Below are positions 22,720-33,179 of a DNA stretch of 64,000 nucleotides, one piece after another (the first letter of the stretch is position 1; each line of letters begins with the position of its first letter). The position numbers and the translations under genes were made by a program. This stretch comes from an uncultured Acidobacteriota bacterium. Lineage in GTDB: Bacteria > Acidobacteriota > Blastocatellia > RBC074. Below the pieces are notes generated by a model. It did no database searches. It saw only the letters and a list, made by a program, of their open reading frames with translations, and was not told the origin of the DNA. The stretch spans positions 1,472,001 through 1,536,000 of the forward strand of contig CAWCKY010000004.1 in the NCBI GenBank assembly GCA_963796275.1, read 5' to 3'.

Positions 22720-24717
22720 ATGTCAAAGATTCGTGTTCTTCCCGACAACCTCGCCAATAAGATAGCCGCCGGCGAAGTCGTAGAGCGCCCCGCATCGATC
22801 GTCAAAGAGCTGATAGAGAATTCGATCGATGCCGGCGCAAAACAGATCGAGGTCGCGATCGAATATGGCGGGCGGCGCCTGATCCGTATCAGCGACGACG
22901 GCGAAGGCATGTTGCGCGATGATGCGATACTGGCATTTGAGCGCCACGCGACCAGCAAGATAAAAACGGCGGATGACCTGCATGGGATCATTACGCTGGG
23001 ATTTCGCGGTGAAGCTCTCGCCGCGATCGCATCGGTCGCAAAGGTCAGGCTGCGCACGCAGACGGCCGAGGATATCGTCGGCACGGAGATCGAGATCGCC
23101 GGCGGGCGGATGCTCAAGGTGAGAGATACGGCCTTCACCCGCGGCGCCGAGTTCGAGATTCGCGATATCTTTTTCAACACGCCGGCGCGCCGTAATTTCC
23201 TCAGGTCCGAAGCGACCGAGAGTTTTCACATCTCCAATCTAGTCACCCATTACGCCCTGGCTCATCCGCAGCACTCTTTCGTTCTGATAAACAACGACCG
23301 CGAAAGCATTCGCGTCACTCCGACCGTCAGCCTGCGCGAGCGCGCCTATCAGCTATTCGGAGGAGAGTTCATCGGAAATCTCATCGAAGTCGCGGGAGAG
23401 ACCGGTTCGATGAGCGTGCAGGGGTTCGTGTCATCGCCATCGGCCACGCGGACATCGCGCGACAGCCAGTACTTTTTCATAAACGGGCGCTACGTTCGGG
23501 ATAAAGTCTTGAACAAAGCGCTATCCGAAGCTTATCGCGCGATGATCCCGTCCGGCGTCTTCCCTTCGGCGATGATCTTCGTCGTAATCCCGCCGAACGA
23601 AGTCGACGTCAACGTTCACCCGGCTAAGACCGAAGTGAGATTCCTGCGCTCGGCCATAGTTCACGATCTGGTACGCGACGCAGTGCGCGATGCGATCAGC
23701 GCGGCCAAAGCGGCGGTAACGCGCTTCCCCGAGAAAAGACCCGAACCCGCCACACCGAAACCACATGCGCCTTCGGAGCCGGTTGTCTTTCGAGAGAATG
23801 CGCCTCACGTATCGCGAGAGGAAATGCGCTCGGCTTTTCGGCTACAAGTTCCACAACCTCCACCGCCGCCGCCTCAACAACAAAAGATCGATCTCGGTTT
23901 CAAACGACCAACAGAATCGCGGGAAACCGAGGCGCTCATATCACCGCCGGATCCGTCTCTTCCGGATCAGCAGGCAGATATTGACGAACCGCCCATCACC
24001 AGGGAAGAGATTGCGCTCGAGGAACCGGCAAATCGCGAGCCGGATGAGCCGCTACGCTACGGTAAGCATATCGGCTGTCTCGGCGCTCGAGGTGTAGAGA
24101 ACGAGCATCTCAAACCGGCGCAGAACCTGACGCTTGTAGCTGATGAAATAAATCCTATCGGCCAGCTTCATAACAGCTTCATCATCGCCGCCGATCGCAC
24201 CGGCCTCTTGTTAATCGACCAGCACGTCGCGCACGAACGCATTCTATTTGAGCAACATTGGCGCGCTTTGCGGGGGAAACGAGTCGAAGTCCAGCGAATG
24301 CTCATTCCTGAGATGCTCGAACTATCGCCCGCACAGGCGACCGTGTTCGATCAACTACTACCGGAGCTTGAGGAGAATGGTTTTGAACTCGGCATGCTTT
24401 CCGGCCGCACTATCGCGATAAAAGCCATGCCCGCGATGCTGGCCCCGGGCACTGCACAGGCGCTGTTAGCCGAATTACTCGAGGCGATTGAAGAAGAGCG
24501 GCGCGGCCTTTCTCTCGATGAATTGAGGGCTGAAATCGCCGCCAGCCTCGCATGCCGTGCCGCGATCAAGATCAACATGCCGCTCGCACCCGAAAAGATG
24601 CGCTGGCTGATCGACGAGTTGCTGAGAATGGAAAACCCGGCAACATGCCCTCACGGCAGACCGATAATTCTGCGATTAACTGCGCGTGAAATTGAGAAGG
24701 GTTTTCAGCGCACCTGA
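22720..24717 (+). CDS. mutL: DNA mismatch repair endonuclease MutL
   Basis: NKIAAGEVVERPAS, RHATSK, GFRGEAL, DVNVHPAK, DQHVAHER, ACR and CPHGRP endonuclease motifs. Confidence 0.97.
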   Translation: MSKIRVLPDNLANKIAAGEVVERPASIVKELIENSIDAGAKQIEVAIEYGGRRLIRISDDGEGMLRDDAILAFERHATSKIKTADDLHGIITLGFRGEALAAIASVAKVRLRTQTAEDIVGTEIEIAGGRMLKVRDTAFTRGAEFEIRDIFFNTPARRNFLRSEATESFHISNLVTHYALAHPQHSFVLINNDRESIRVTPTVSLRERAYQLFGGEFIGNLIEVAGETGSMSVQGFVSSPSATRTSRDSQYFFINGRYVRDKVLNKALSEAYRAMIPSGVFPSAMIFVVIPPNEVDVNVHPAKTEVRFLRSAIVHDLVRDAVRDAISAAKAAVTRFPEKRPEPATPKPHAPSEPVVFRENAPHVSREEMRSAFRLQVPQPPPPPPQQQKIDLGFKRPTESRETEALISPPDPSLPDQQADIDEPPITREEIALEEPANREPDEPLRYGKHIGCLGARGVENEHLKPAQNLTLVADEINPIGQLHNSFIIAADRTGLLLIDQHVAHERILFEQHWRALRGKRVEVQRMLIPEMLELSPAQATVFDQLLPELEENGFELGMLSGRTIAIKAMPAMLAPGTAQALLAELLEAIEEERRGLSLDELRAEIAASLACRAAIKINMPLAPEKMRWLIDELLRMENPATCPHGRPIILRLTAREIEKGFQRT

Positions 24718-24723
24718 AAACAG

Positions 24724-24801
24724 AACATTTGTCATTTTGTCATTTGTCATTGAAGAAACGCGGCGAACCCAATGACAAATGTTAAATGTTAAATGTTAAA
24801 T
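24724..24801. terminator. Heptamer-repeat hairpin between convergent mutL and pta (probable bidirectional terminator/REP)
   Basis: Repeated ATTTGTC units followed by CAATGACAAATG and repeated TTAAATG units. Arms CATTTGTCATTG (24741-24752) and CAATGACAAATG (24770-24781). Confidence 0.6.
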
Positions 24802-25815
24802 TTACTGCTGTTCGCGGTTTCTCGCCTGTGCCTGCACCGCTGTGATCGCGACGACATCGACGATATCATCCGCTTTACACCCGCGCGAAAGATCGTTGGC
24901 CGGTTTATCGAGGCCCTGGAGTATCGGCCCGATGGCCGTCGCGCCAGCCAATCGTTCAGTCAGCTTATAACCGATGTTACCAGAATTGAGGTCAGGGAAG
25001 ATCAGGATGTTTGCGCGGCCCGCCACCGTTGAACCTTTGGCCTTCGATGCGCCGATGCCGGGGATCAACGCTGCATCAAGCTGTAACTCACCATCGACCT
25101 CGAGCTCGGGCGCGCGGACGCGCACCGTCTTCGTAGCCTCGACGATTTTGTCCACCATCGGATGGCCCGCGGATCCTTTGGTCGAGAAGGAGAGCATCGC
25201 CACCCTGGGTTCCACCTCGAGCAGCGCGCGGCAGGTACCGGCGGATGAAATGGCGATCTCGGCGAGCTGCCCTGCCGTCGGGTTGATAACGACCGCTGCA
25301 TCGGCAAAGATCAAAGCCCCGTCGGCCCCCAATTCCCGGTTCGGCACGACCATAACGAAGACCGATGAAACCAGATTGACGCCCTGCCGAAACCCGATGG
25401 TAATGAGCGCGGCGCGGACTGTATGCGCCGTCGTGTTCGTAGCTCCCGCCACGGATCCGTCCGCTCTCCCGTTTTTCACCATTATATTGCCGAAATAGAG
25501 CGGATCGAGTATCTGCTTCCTGGCTTCATCCAGCGTCATACCTTTTGAACGACGCAGTTCATGAAGTTCTTTCGTGTATCGATCGAGATCAGGCGAACGG
25601 CGATGATCGATGATCGTAATATTGGTTAACGAAATGCCCAATGCGGAGGCACTATTTCTTATCCTGTCTTCGTCGCCTATCAGGGTGACTCGCGCAATGC
25701 GCTCTTCAACTACACGCGCTGCGGCGATGATGGTCCTCTCATCCTCTCCTTCGGGCAGAACAATATGCTGGGGCGAAGCGGCTGCCCGCGTTCTCAGTTT
25801 TTTCAAAATATCCAT
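24802..25815 (-). CDS. pta: Phosphate acetyltransferase
   Basis: [54 protein letters not shown]. Confidence 0.95.
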   Translation of the reverse strand: MDILKKLRTRAAASPQHIVLPEGEDERTIIAAARVVEERIARVTLIGDEDRIRNSASALGISLTNITIIDHRRSPDLDRYTKELHELRRSKGMTLDEARKQILDPLYFGNIMVKNGRADGSVAGATNTTAHTVRAALITIGFRQGVNLVSSVFVMVVPNRELGADGALIFADAAVVINPTAGQLAEIAISSAGTCRALLEVEPRVAMLSFSTKGSAGHPMVDKIVEATKTVRVRAPELEVDGELQLDAALIPGIGASKAKGSTVAGRANILIFPDLNSGNIGYKLTERLAGATAIGPILQGLDKPANDLSRGCKADDIVDVVAITAVQAQARNREQQ

Positions 25816-25829
25816 AAAAATTCAGATTG

Positions 25830-26465
25830 TTATTTGTTGTCGGTCGCAGTACTTACGGTATTGCGGCGACGACGCAAATAAAGAAAAAGAAAGATTATTA
25901 TTACTCCGCCCAGGGCTATGCTCATAATTTTGCTATAGATTCCGATATATTCGGCCGCGCTTCGCCAGTTATTGGCAAAGATCATGCCTAGATATAGCAG
26001 AACCCCATTCCACACCATCGCACTCAGTGCGCAGAGGCACGTAGTGAATGCGAGGTTCATCTTCGACATGCCGGCGAAGATGGATACGATCGCGCGCGTT
26101 CCGGCGAGAAAGCGATTTGCCACAATCACGCCGTAACCGTAACGTTGAAACAATTTCTCGACCTGATGAATTGCGCCGACAGGCAGGTAGCGACCGAACT
26201 TTCCGGATACGACATGCTGCTCAAAATATCGCCCGAGCAGGTAAGCCGTCATGAAACCGAGCGTGCTGCCGAGCGTGGCGAGGATCAGGGCAGGTGCAAA
26301 ATCGATAGTCCCAATTCCGATCAACGTTCCCGCGAAGACCAGCAATACGTCGCTCGGCGCTGGCGGAAAAACGTTTTCGATATAAGCGATAAAGAACATC
26401 AGGGCCAGCACGCTATAGGGGGACAACTGCTGTAGCCAGGAAATAAATTGCTCTATGACATCCAT
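25830..26465 (-). CDS. DedA family membrane protein
   Basis: IENVFPPAPSD, YLLGR, RYGYGVIVANRFLAGTR, AGMSKM; several TM segments. Confidence 0.9.
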   Translation of the reverse strand: MDVIEQFISWLQQLSPYSVLALMFFIAYIENVFPPAPSDVLLVFAGTLIGIGTIDFAPALILATLGSTLGFMTAYLLGRYFEQHVVSGKFGRYLPVGAIHQVEKLFQRYGYGVIVANRFLAGTRAIVSIFAGMSKMNLAFTTCLCALSAMVWNGVLLYLGMIFANNWRSAAEYIGIYSKIMSIALGGVIIIFLFLYLRRRRNTVSTATDNK

Positions 26466-26572
26466 AAGGAATTAGGCCTTTTAATTCTCAGAAAATTGCC
26501 AGGATTTAAAAGGCTTTCAGGATAAGTAAAACCGTGTAATTCCCTGAAGAAACTGATAAATCCCGCATTTTC

Positions 26573-27166
26573 TCACTCCATACGTAATTCCTTCAACGCA
26601 TCAATTAAATCTTCAATCAATCCGTCAACTCCGAGCTCGGCGAAACCATCGGCGCTCTCCCAGAATTCTTGCAAATGCCGTGCTCCACCCTTTTCATATT
26701 CATGCGCCTGTATCAGGAGATCGAGCTTGTCAGCCGCTTTGACCAGTCGGGCCTCCAGGCTCACGCGGTCTTCATAATCGCGCCAGATCTCGATGTACTT
26801 TCTACCAGGAGCGCCGAGGTTTGTCAGTATCCCTGTGGCGATTCGTTCTTCAGCCGCCTTGAAGGCAGGTGGATCAAAGAATTGTTTAATCGGGTTTGGC
26901 AGATCGCCCATCCGAACCTCGTGGAGATCGTGGAGCAAAGCCATGCGCAAAACCCGCTCGATATTGACGGCCATCCCTCTCGCTTCGGCACGGTCAGCGA
27001 GGAGCATAGCGATGAAAGCTACACCGAACGAGTGCGCCGCGACCGATTCAACATCCCGCACGCCTCGCAACAGCCACCCAATTCGCGGAACAGCTTTCAA
27101 TCGAACCATTTCCACGAGTAGCTCCATCACTTGAGAGGTTTCCAACGATCGTCCTGAATACTTCAC
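26573..27166 (-). CDS. HD-domain phosphohydrolase (YfbR/HDDC2-like)
   Basis: LKAVPRIGW, ESVAAHS, ALLHDLHE, GDLP, AADKLD. Confidence 0.88.
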   Translation of the reverse strand: MKYSGRSLETSQVMELLVEMVRLKAVPRIGWLLRGVRDVESVAAHSFGVAFIAMLLADRAEARGMAVNIERVLRMALLHDLHEVRMGDLPNPIKQFFDPPAFKAAEERIATGILTNLGAPGRKYIEIWRDYEDRVSLEARLVKAADKLDLLIQAHEYEKGGARHLQEFWESADGFAELGVDGLIEDLIDALKELRME

Positions 27167-27222
27167 GCCCTGAAGCTAACGGTTTTGGCGCGACGCGTCA
27201 ACCGTGTTATATATTTTGCATT

Positions 27223-28275
<1,053 letters not shown>

Positions 28276-28307
28276 AGCGCTCAATGGTTTGTGATGCCGA
28301 GGTATGG

Positions 28308-28336
28308 TTGACAGCCGGGCTTCAGGTCAGTACTAT
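28308..28336 (+). promoter_or_regulatory. Sigma70 promoter of tRNA-Phe
   Basis: TTGACA (28308-28313), 17 bp spacer, TACTAT (28331-28336), 13 bp upstream of the tRNA. Confidence 0.85.
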
Positions 28337-28349
28337 GCCACTTCGATTT

Positions 28350-28413
<64 letters not shown>

Positions 28414-28425
<12 letters not shown>

Positions 28426-28504
28426 GTAGAATCAAAGAGTTACGGCCACCAATCGGTGGCCGTTTTCATTTACTCACGCTTTCACTCACGCATTCAATCG
28501 CGAA
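28414..28504 (+). other. Probable attL: tRNA 3' core, IHF-type site and three 12-bp arm-like repeats
   Basis: AATCAAAGAGTTA (28430-28442) matches WATCAANNNNTTR. TTTACTCACGCT / TTCACTCACGCA / TTCAATCGCGAA lie in tandem at 28469-28504. Confidence 0.65.
28442..28467 (+). terminator. Intrinsic terminator after tRNA-Phe
   Basis: ACGGCCACC-AATC-GGTGGCCGT hairpin running into a T tract. Confidence 0.75.
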
Positions 28505-28553
28505 ATTTTTTTTTGCATGCTTTCCTTTCTCGAGAGCACGGGGGGACAAATAC

Positions 28554-29630
28554 TCACGGCGATACGACCGGCGCGCCAAGGAATTTTCCGTAGCGGCTGG
28601 CGGCCTCGTTGATGGCGTTGGTCTCAGCCCGCTTGAGTTTCGAGAAGTGGTTCGGAGAAATTGCAAGAGAGTCCTTCTTGAGCGCCCGCTTCCAGATTCC
28701 AACGACCTGGCCGTCCACGACAATCGTCGGAAATAGGGTGCCGTTTCCTGTATTCGCCAGTTTTGTATAGGCCAGGTCGAGCACGGCGCTGCGGTTTTTG
28801 TAGGCGACCGTGTACTCGTCGAAAGCCGGCAGTAGGTAAGCGGCCGGCGACGGATCATTTGTATCTGGCATCGACGAAGCTAGCCAGTAGGTCTGACCGT
28901 CAGCGGTTTCTTGTGTGAGGTGCCGCTTCGCCATTTCAAGACCGGCGCTCGCGTCGGTTTTTGTAAGTCCGGACCACCAGGCGAAATCCTGCAATGTCGC
29001 CGGGCCGCGACTCGTGAAATAGCGCTTGGCGAGTTCGGCCAGCGATTCATCGCGCGACATTCGTTTCGTCTTCGGCACCCATTCATCGAGCAACACAAAG
29101 GTTTGCTGCTTACCTTCGCGCGCGCCGAAGCATATGGCGCCGTCCTGCGCCAGGCCCCACAAGATGTGTCGGCCGCGTTGGCCGGCCGGTGAAACGCCTC
29201 CCTCTTCCAACACCTTATACATTGAGGTTCTGGCCAGTCGCTTGCCGCCCTGCAGCGCGCGTTGGAACAATTCTTTACTGCGCGCGAATGCGCTCTCATC
29301 CAGGTCGAACCGCCGCAGGAAGGTTTGCGCGATGTTTGCCACAATGCGCGGAGTCATCAGTTCAAGCATCCAGCGCGCGTCCGCCGCCGCCACGAAATGC
29401 AGCGTACCTCGCATCGGCCACGTGCGAATAATCGTTCGATTGGCGAGCGCCCGCTCGATATCGGCTTCGACCGCATTCCGCATGCGCAATCCGACCGCCC
29501 AGAGCGCGCCGAGATAATCCTGAGCCTGGACGGCGCCCATCCATGCCACGACATCGGCAGGCCGCTCGAACGTGGCGCCGGCAATGCGCTGGTTATGGAG
29601 CCGGAGACGCGCGATATCAGAGTTTGTCAT
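28554..29630 (-). CDS. AlkZ/YcaQ-family (HTH_42 winged-helix) DNA glycosylase
   Basis: GAVQAQD (QxQ motif), TWPMRGTLHFV, GPATLQDFAWWSGL, LLPAFDEY, DGQVVGIW. Confidence 0.85.
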   Translation of the reverse strand: MTNSDIARLRLHNQRIAGATFERPADVVAWMGAVQAQDYLGALWAVGLRMRNAVEADIERALANRTIIRTWPMRGTLHFVAAADARWMLELMTPRIVANIAQTFLRRFDLDESAFARSKELFQRALQGGKRLARTSMYKVLEEGGVSPAGQRGRHILWGLAQDGAICFGAREGKQQTFVLLDEWVPKTKRMSRDESLAELAKRYFTSRGPATLQDFAWWSGLTKTDASAGLEMAKRHLTQETADGQTYWLASSMPDTNDPSPAAYLLPAFDEYTVAYKNRSAVLDLAYTKLANTGNGTLFPTIVVDGQVVGIWKRALKKDSLAISPNHFSKLKRAETNAINEAASRYGKFLGAPVVSP

Positions 29631-29787
29631 AAGCTTGATTATAGATACGAAAAGTTGTTCCGGTACAGTGGCTTTATTGGAATGGCTTAGAGATTAGGGT
29701 AAAGGAGCACACGAAGACTGGATGAGCGGATTTTCTAGGTCGTACCGCTTGTGGTAGCCTGATTACAGAAGAACTGAAGTAGCGTAT

Positions 29788-30162
29788 TCAATCGTTATTC
29801 CACTGAACGAGCTTTTCGAGCTCTGCTTGGGTAAAAGCTTTCTTCCTCGCCGGAAGACCGACTTCATCGCATTTCCGCCATAAAGTGGTACGTGACCAGC
29901 CTGTTATCTGCAGCACCTCATTCCTCTTATATATAGGCTTGGGAATTGGTTTATCTATACCGAACTCCTCAACTCTGTGCAGAGCTAAAAAAAGAGCGCG
30001 CAAATCAATCGCATGAATCTCCACGACGTAAGTCGCCATAGCTGAGCATTCACTACGTATATGCTTGACTACATCAATGAGGTGTTTGACGGCCTGACCT
30101 GCCTCCGCAGCGGATACCTCAGACATAAAACTTTTCTTTAGAGAAGCCATCTTCAAACTCAT
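29788..30162 (-). CDS. AlpA/excisionase-like HTH protein
   Basis: C-terminal KRNEVLQITGWSRTTLWRK resembles the AlpA/MerR-type winged HTH. It is the last gene of the virB operon and lies near the att site. Confidence 0.6.
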   Translation of the reverse strand: MSLKMASLKKSFMSEVSAAEAGQAVKHLIDVVKHIRSECSAMATYVVEIHAIDLRALFLALHRVEEFGIDKPIPKPIYKRNEVLQITGWSRTTLWRKCDEVGLPARKKAFTQAELEKLVQWNND

Positions 30163-30168
30163 ATCATT

Positions 30169-32291
30169 TCAGTATCGCAGCGCAAGTCCCTGTTCCATAT
30201 CGCGTGCAACATTGTGGCCTACGGAGCTGACAACAGACGAGAGTGCGCGCAATCTGGCAGCCTCGAAGGACGCGTCGCGAACTTGCGTGGCGGCGCTGAC
30301 CGCCCCGTTATAGCTAACCTTGTTTGCCTGCAAATCGAGTTGATACCCTTGATCAACACCGCCCTTGGCGACCGCCGCGCCGCGATTGGCTCCGGCAATG
30401 GATTGTGTTGCGCCGGCGATCTCCGCAAATGTCAGCCCCATAGAACGCCACCGGTTCGCATTAATCATTTCCCCGAGATAGGCTCCTTGATTTTGGGTGA
30501 GTGCCCATGATGCCGTCTCCTGGTTGGCTATCCTCGCATCGAACGCTTCAGTGAGCGCTCGCTGCTTTCCATCGGCGCGATTCTGAATAGCCTGATATTG
30601 TTGGTATAGCCCGTAAGCCCCTCCGCCAAGCTCTACGATGGAACCCGCTATACGACCCTGAAGAGTCTGCCTGCCGGTGTTGGAATCAGACAGTCCCGTG
30701 CGAACGGCTCCGCCAAGCCATTCCGATCCCTTGATGACCTTGGTTCCCAGCCAGCCCTGTGTGTCGGCGGCGCGATCGGTTTCGATATTGGAGCTCTGCT
30801 GCTTGCGCTCCGCTTTCATATCGGCTATCGCCTGATCGTTGCGCGCCCAGATGTCTCTCGTGTTCAATCTGGCCAGGGCGGAGGCGCTCTCATTGGCATA
30901 CATCCTCTCAGTGTTTATCGTGCCTACCGCTCGCAGAAATCCACCGTAGGTTCCTTCCACCGAAGAGATGCGGTTCCCTTCGATTCCGGTGATGCTTCGA
31001 ATCCGATTGGACAGAGCGCTGAGTTTCCCGGATTCATATGCGGCCCCGGCGCGCGTCAACTCGCCCATGAATTGTCCCTGCGCCTGAACCCTCTCAGCCT
31101 GACTGCTGATTGAGGCCGCCATCGCGGAGCTGTACAACTCGATCCCCGCTCCGACCAGAGCGCCGGCCCAGCCCGAGACGGTCGACGAGACTGATTCGTA
31201 GACCTGCCCCATCGCTACTTTCTAAGCGATCACCGGCGACATCCAGAGCGACAGCCCGGCGATGGTCATTATCACTATTGCGATGATGACCGTGTAGAAC
31301 GGTTCCGCGCCGGAGGTCATGATCTCTGCCCATGGTCTGCGGGTCCCACTGATAGACAACATCGCTGGCGTCCAGTGACATCGCCAGGTTGCCTCCCATA
31401 TAGGCGAAAGCTCTGATCAATTGGGCAACGACCGGCCAGATAAGCGTTAAAACAATCGTTCCCCACAGAAACGGGTAGGAAATTTTGTTCGCCAGATTGC
31501 GGTCGATCGCCAGCGCGATCATCAGCGGCGCAGCCAGCTTCACGGCGATCATCAGAAACCCGCCGATCAGCCAGCAGGTACAGGTCCCCGAAAGCAAGAA
31601 TTCCTCGCGCGAAACTCAAGATCGAGAAGAGCAACGGCAGATCGCGCGAGATCGTCTCGAACTTTTTATTGACTCCTTTAGGTGAGGCGACCACATCCCG
31701 TAGCACGCCGAGCACGGCTTCTCCTCCGCCCGGGCGTGGCTTCAACTTCTCGCCCGTGGGTTCGACTGTGAAATGCCCTCTGGTGAATCTGCGGTAACCC
31801 GCTTCAAAGCTCTTGCGATGATTATTGTAGAACCTGTACAGAACGTTATTACTGGTCCCGCTTCCGCCCCAGGCAATCTCCTGCCCAATCAGGTCGAGTT
31901 TGCTGACGATTGCCGGTCCGCTCCCCGCCAACACGAAAATGACGGCGACTCTCCCGAACCACCAGAAAAGATCGGCGCCAGCGCCCGAGTTCTCCCGCCA
32001 CATCCGGGCGAAGCCGAAAAATATGACGAGCATCGCCAGCCACCAGGCGAGGTTTTCCAGCCAGGGCAGGAGAGGGCCTTCGATCTCGTTCTCCAGCACC
32101 GGTATGAGTGCGCCCGCCCGGCCGATCAGCCTGTCGAAGAATTGCGGCAATGAACTGCCCGCCGGGCTCGTGGGCGCCGGAGGCGGCGTGGGATTGGGCG
32201 TCTGAGCGAACGCGGACAGACTCAAGCAACCGGCCACCGCCGCGATGAACAGGATGGAAATTATTGATCGCTTGATTTTGCCTGCTCTCAT
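30169..32291 (-). CDS. VirB6/TrbL-like polytopic membrane protein (frameshifts near 31575 and 31330/31215)
   Basis: ORFs 31317-32291, 31094-31597 and 30169-31212 join into signal peptide, multiple TM helices (KLAAPLMIAL) and a Gly/Ala-rich tail. Follows the virB5-like gene. Confidence 0.7.
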
Positions 32292-32300
32292 AATTCGTTC

Positions 32301-33149
32301 TTAGTTGACCTTGCTGAGCGCCCTTTGAAGCACATCGAGCGAGTCGTTGAATTGGCTCCAGGCATCATTCAGAGACTCCACCTGCTCGCCGAACATTCCC
32401 CGCTCCTCCATCTGGATGTTGTACTCCCTGACGCGATTCTCGATCTGGCAACGAAGATCCTCGATTTCGGATTCAAGCTGTGCAATCAGCAACTCGTAGC
32501 TGGCCAGTTCTTGAGTGAGACTGGCGATGCACGACGCGCACCTCTGGTCCTCGGGCGCTTGCTCCTGTTTCGTGAGGTTGATTCTCGCCTCCTTTTGTTT
32601 TCCCTCCGCCCATGCTTTCTTATACATCTTGTATTTCAGTTCGCGCTGCAGCAGTTCAAGCTGATTATCCATTCGAATGAGTCGTTCACGATTGGCGGCG
32701 AGGTCTTGGCTGCTCCGCCCGATGGAATTTCTCAGATACTCGTCTAGATCTCTGAGATCGGCTTCCGGATCGAAGATGCCGTTGCGAAGCCGGTCGTCGA
32801 TCCTCTTAATCATGTTCAATCGCGTCGTAACGATGGCCTCGAGCTGATCCTTTAACTGAAACGACGCACGCACAGTCCTTCCGATGTTGCTCATCGTGGT
32901 GATCGCATTTTTTTGCTTCAATACGAGGTCATCGGCGGCCTTGAGCACACCGCCCAGCGTGGTAAGCTGGTTAACAAGATTCGTGTAATGCTGAAGCCAT
33001 CGATTTGCTTCTTCTACTTTCTTTGCGACCTGAAGCGTGTATTGCGCCGGGTCGTAGACTGTCCACTGCGCCTGTGCTTGTGGCGGTATAAGCAGAACGC
33101 CGATCAGCAGCCCCAGCGCGAACTGACGAAGGAGAGATTTTCTTTTCAT
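32301..33149 (-). CDS. VirB5/TrbJ-like secreted helical protein
   Basis: Signal peptide ending AQA-QWTVYDPAQY (TrbJ/VirB5-type V.DP.N motif), coiled-coil body, position after virB4. Confidence 0.7.
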   Translation of the reverse strand: MKRKSLLRQFALGLLIGVLLIPPQAQAQWTVYDPAQYTLQVAKKVEEANRWLQHYTNLVNQLTTLGGVLKAADDLVLKQKNAITTMSNIGRTVRASFQLKDQLEAIVTTRLNMIKRIDDRLRNGIFDPEADLRDLDEYLRNSIGRSSQDLAANRERLIRMDNQLELLQRELKYKMYKKAWAEGKQKEARINLTKQEQAPEDQRCASCIASLTQELASYELLIAQLESEIEDLRCQIENRVREYNIQMEERGMFGEQVESLNDAWSQFNDSLDVLQRALSKVN

Positions 33150-33179
33150 TACTACCTCACTTCCTCTCACGAATCATAT

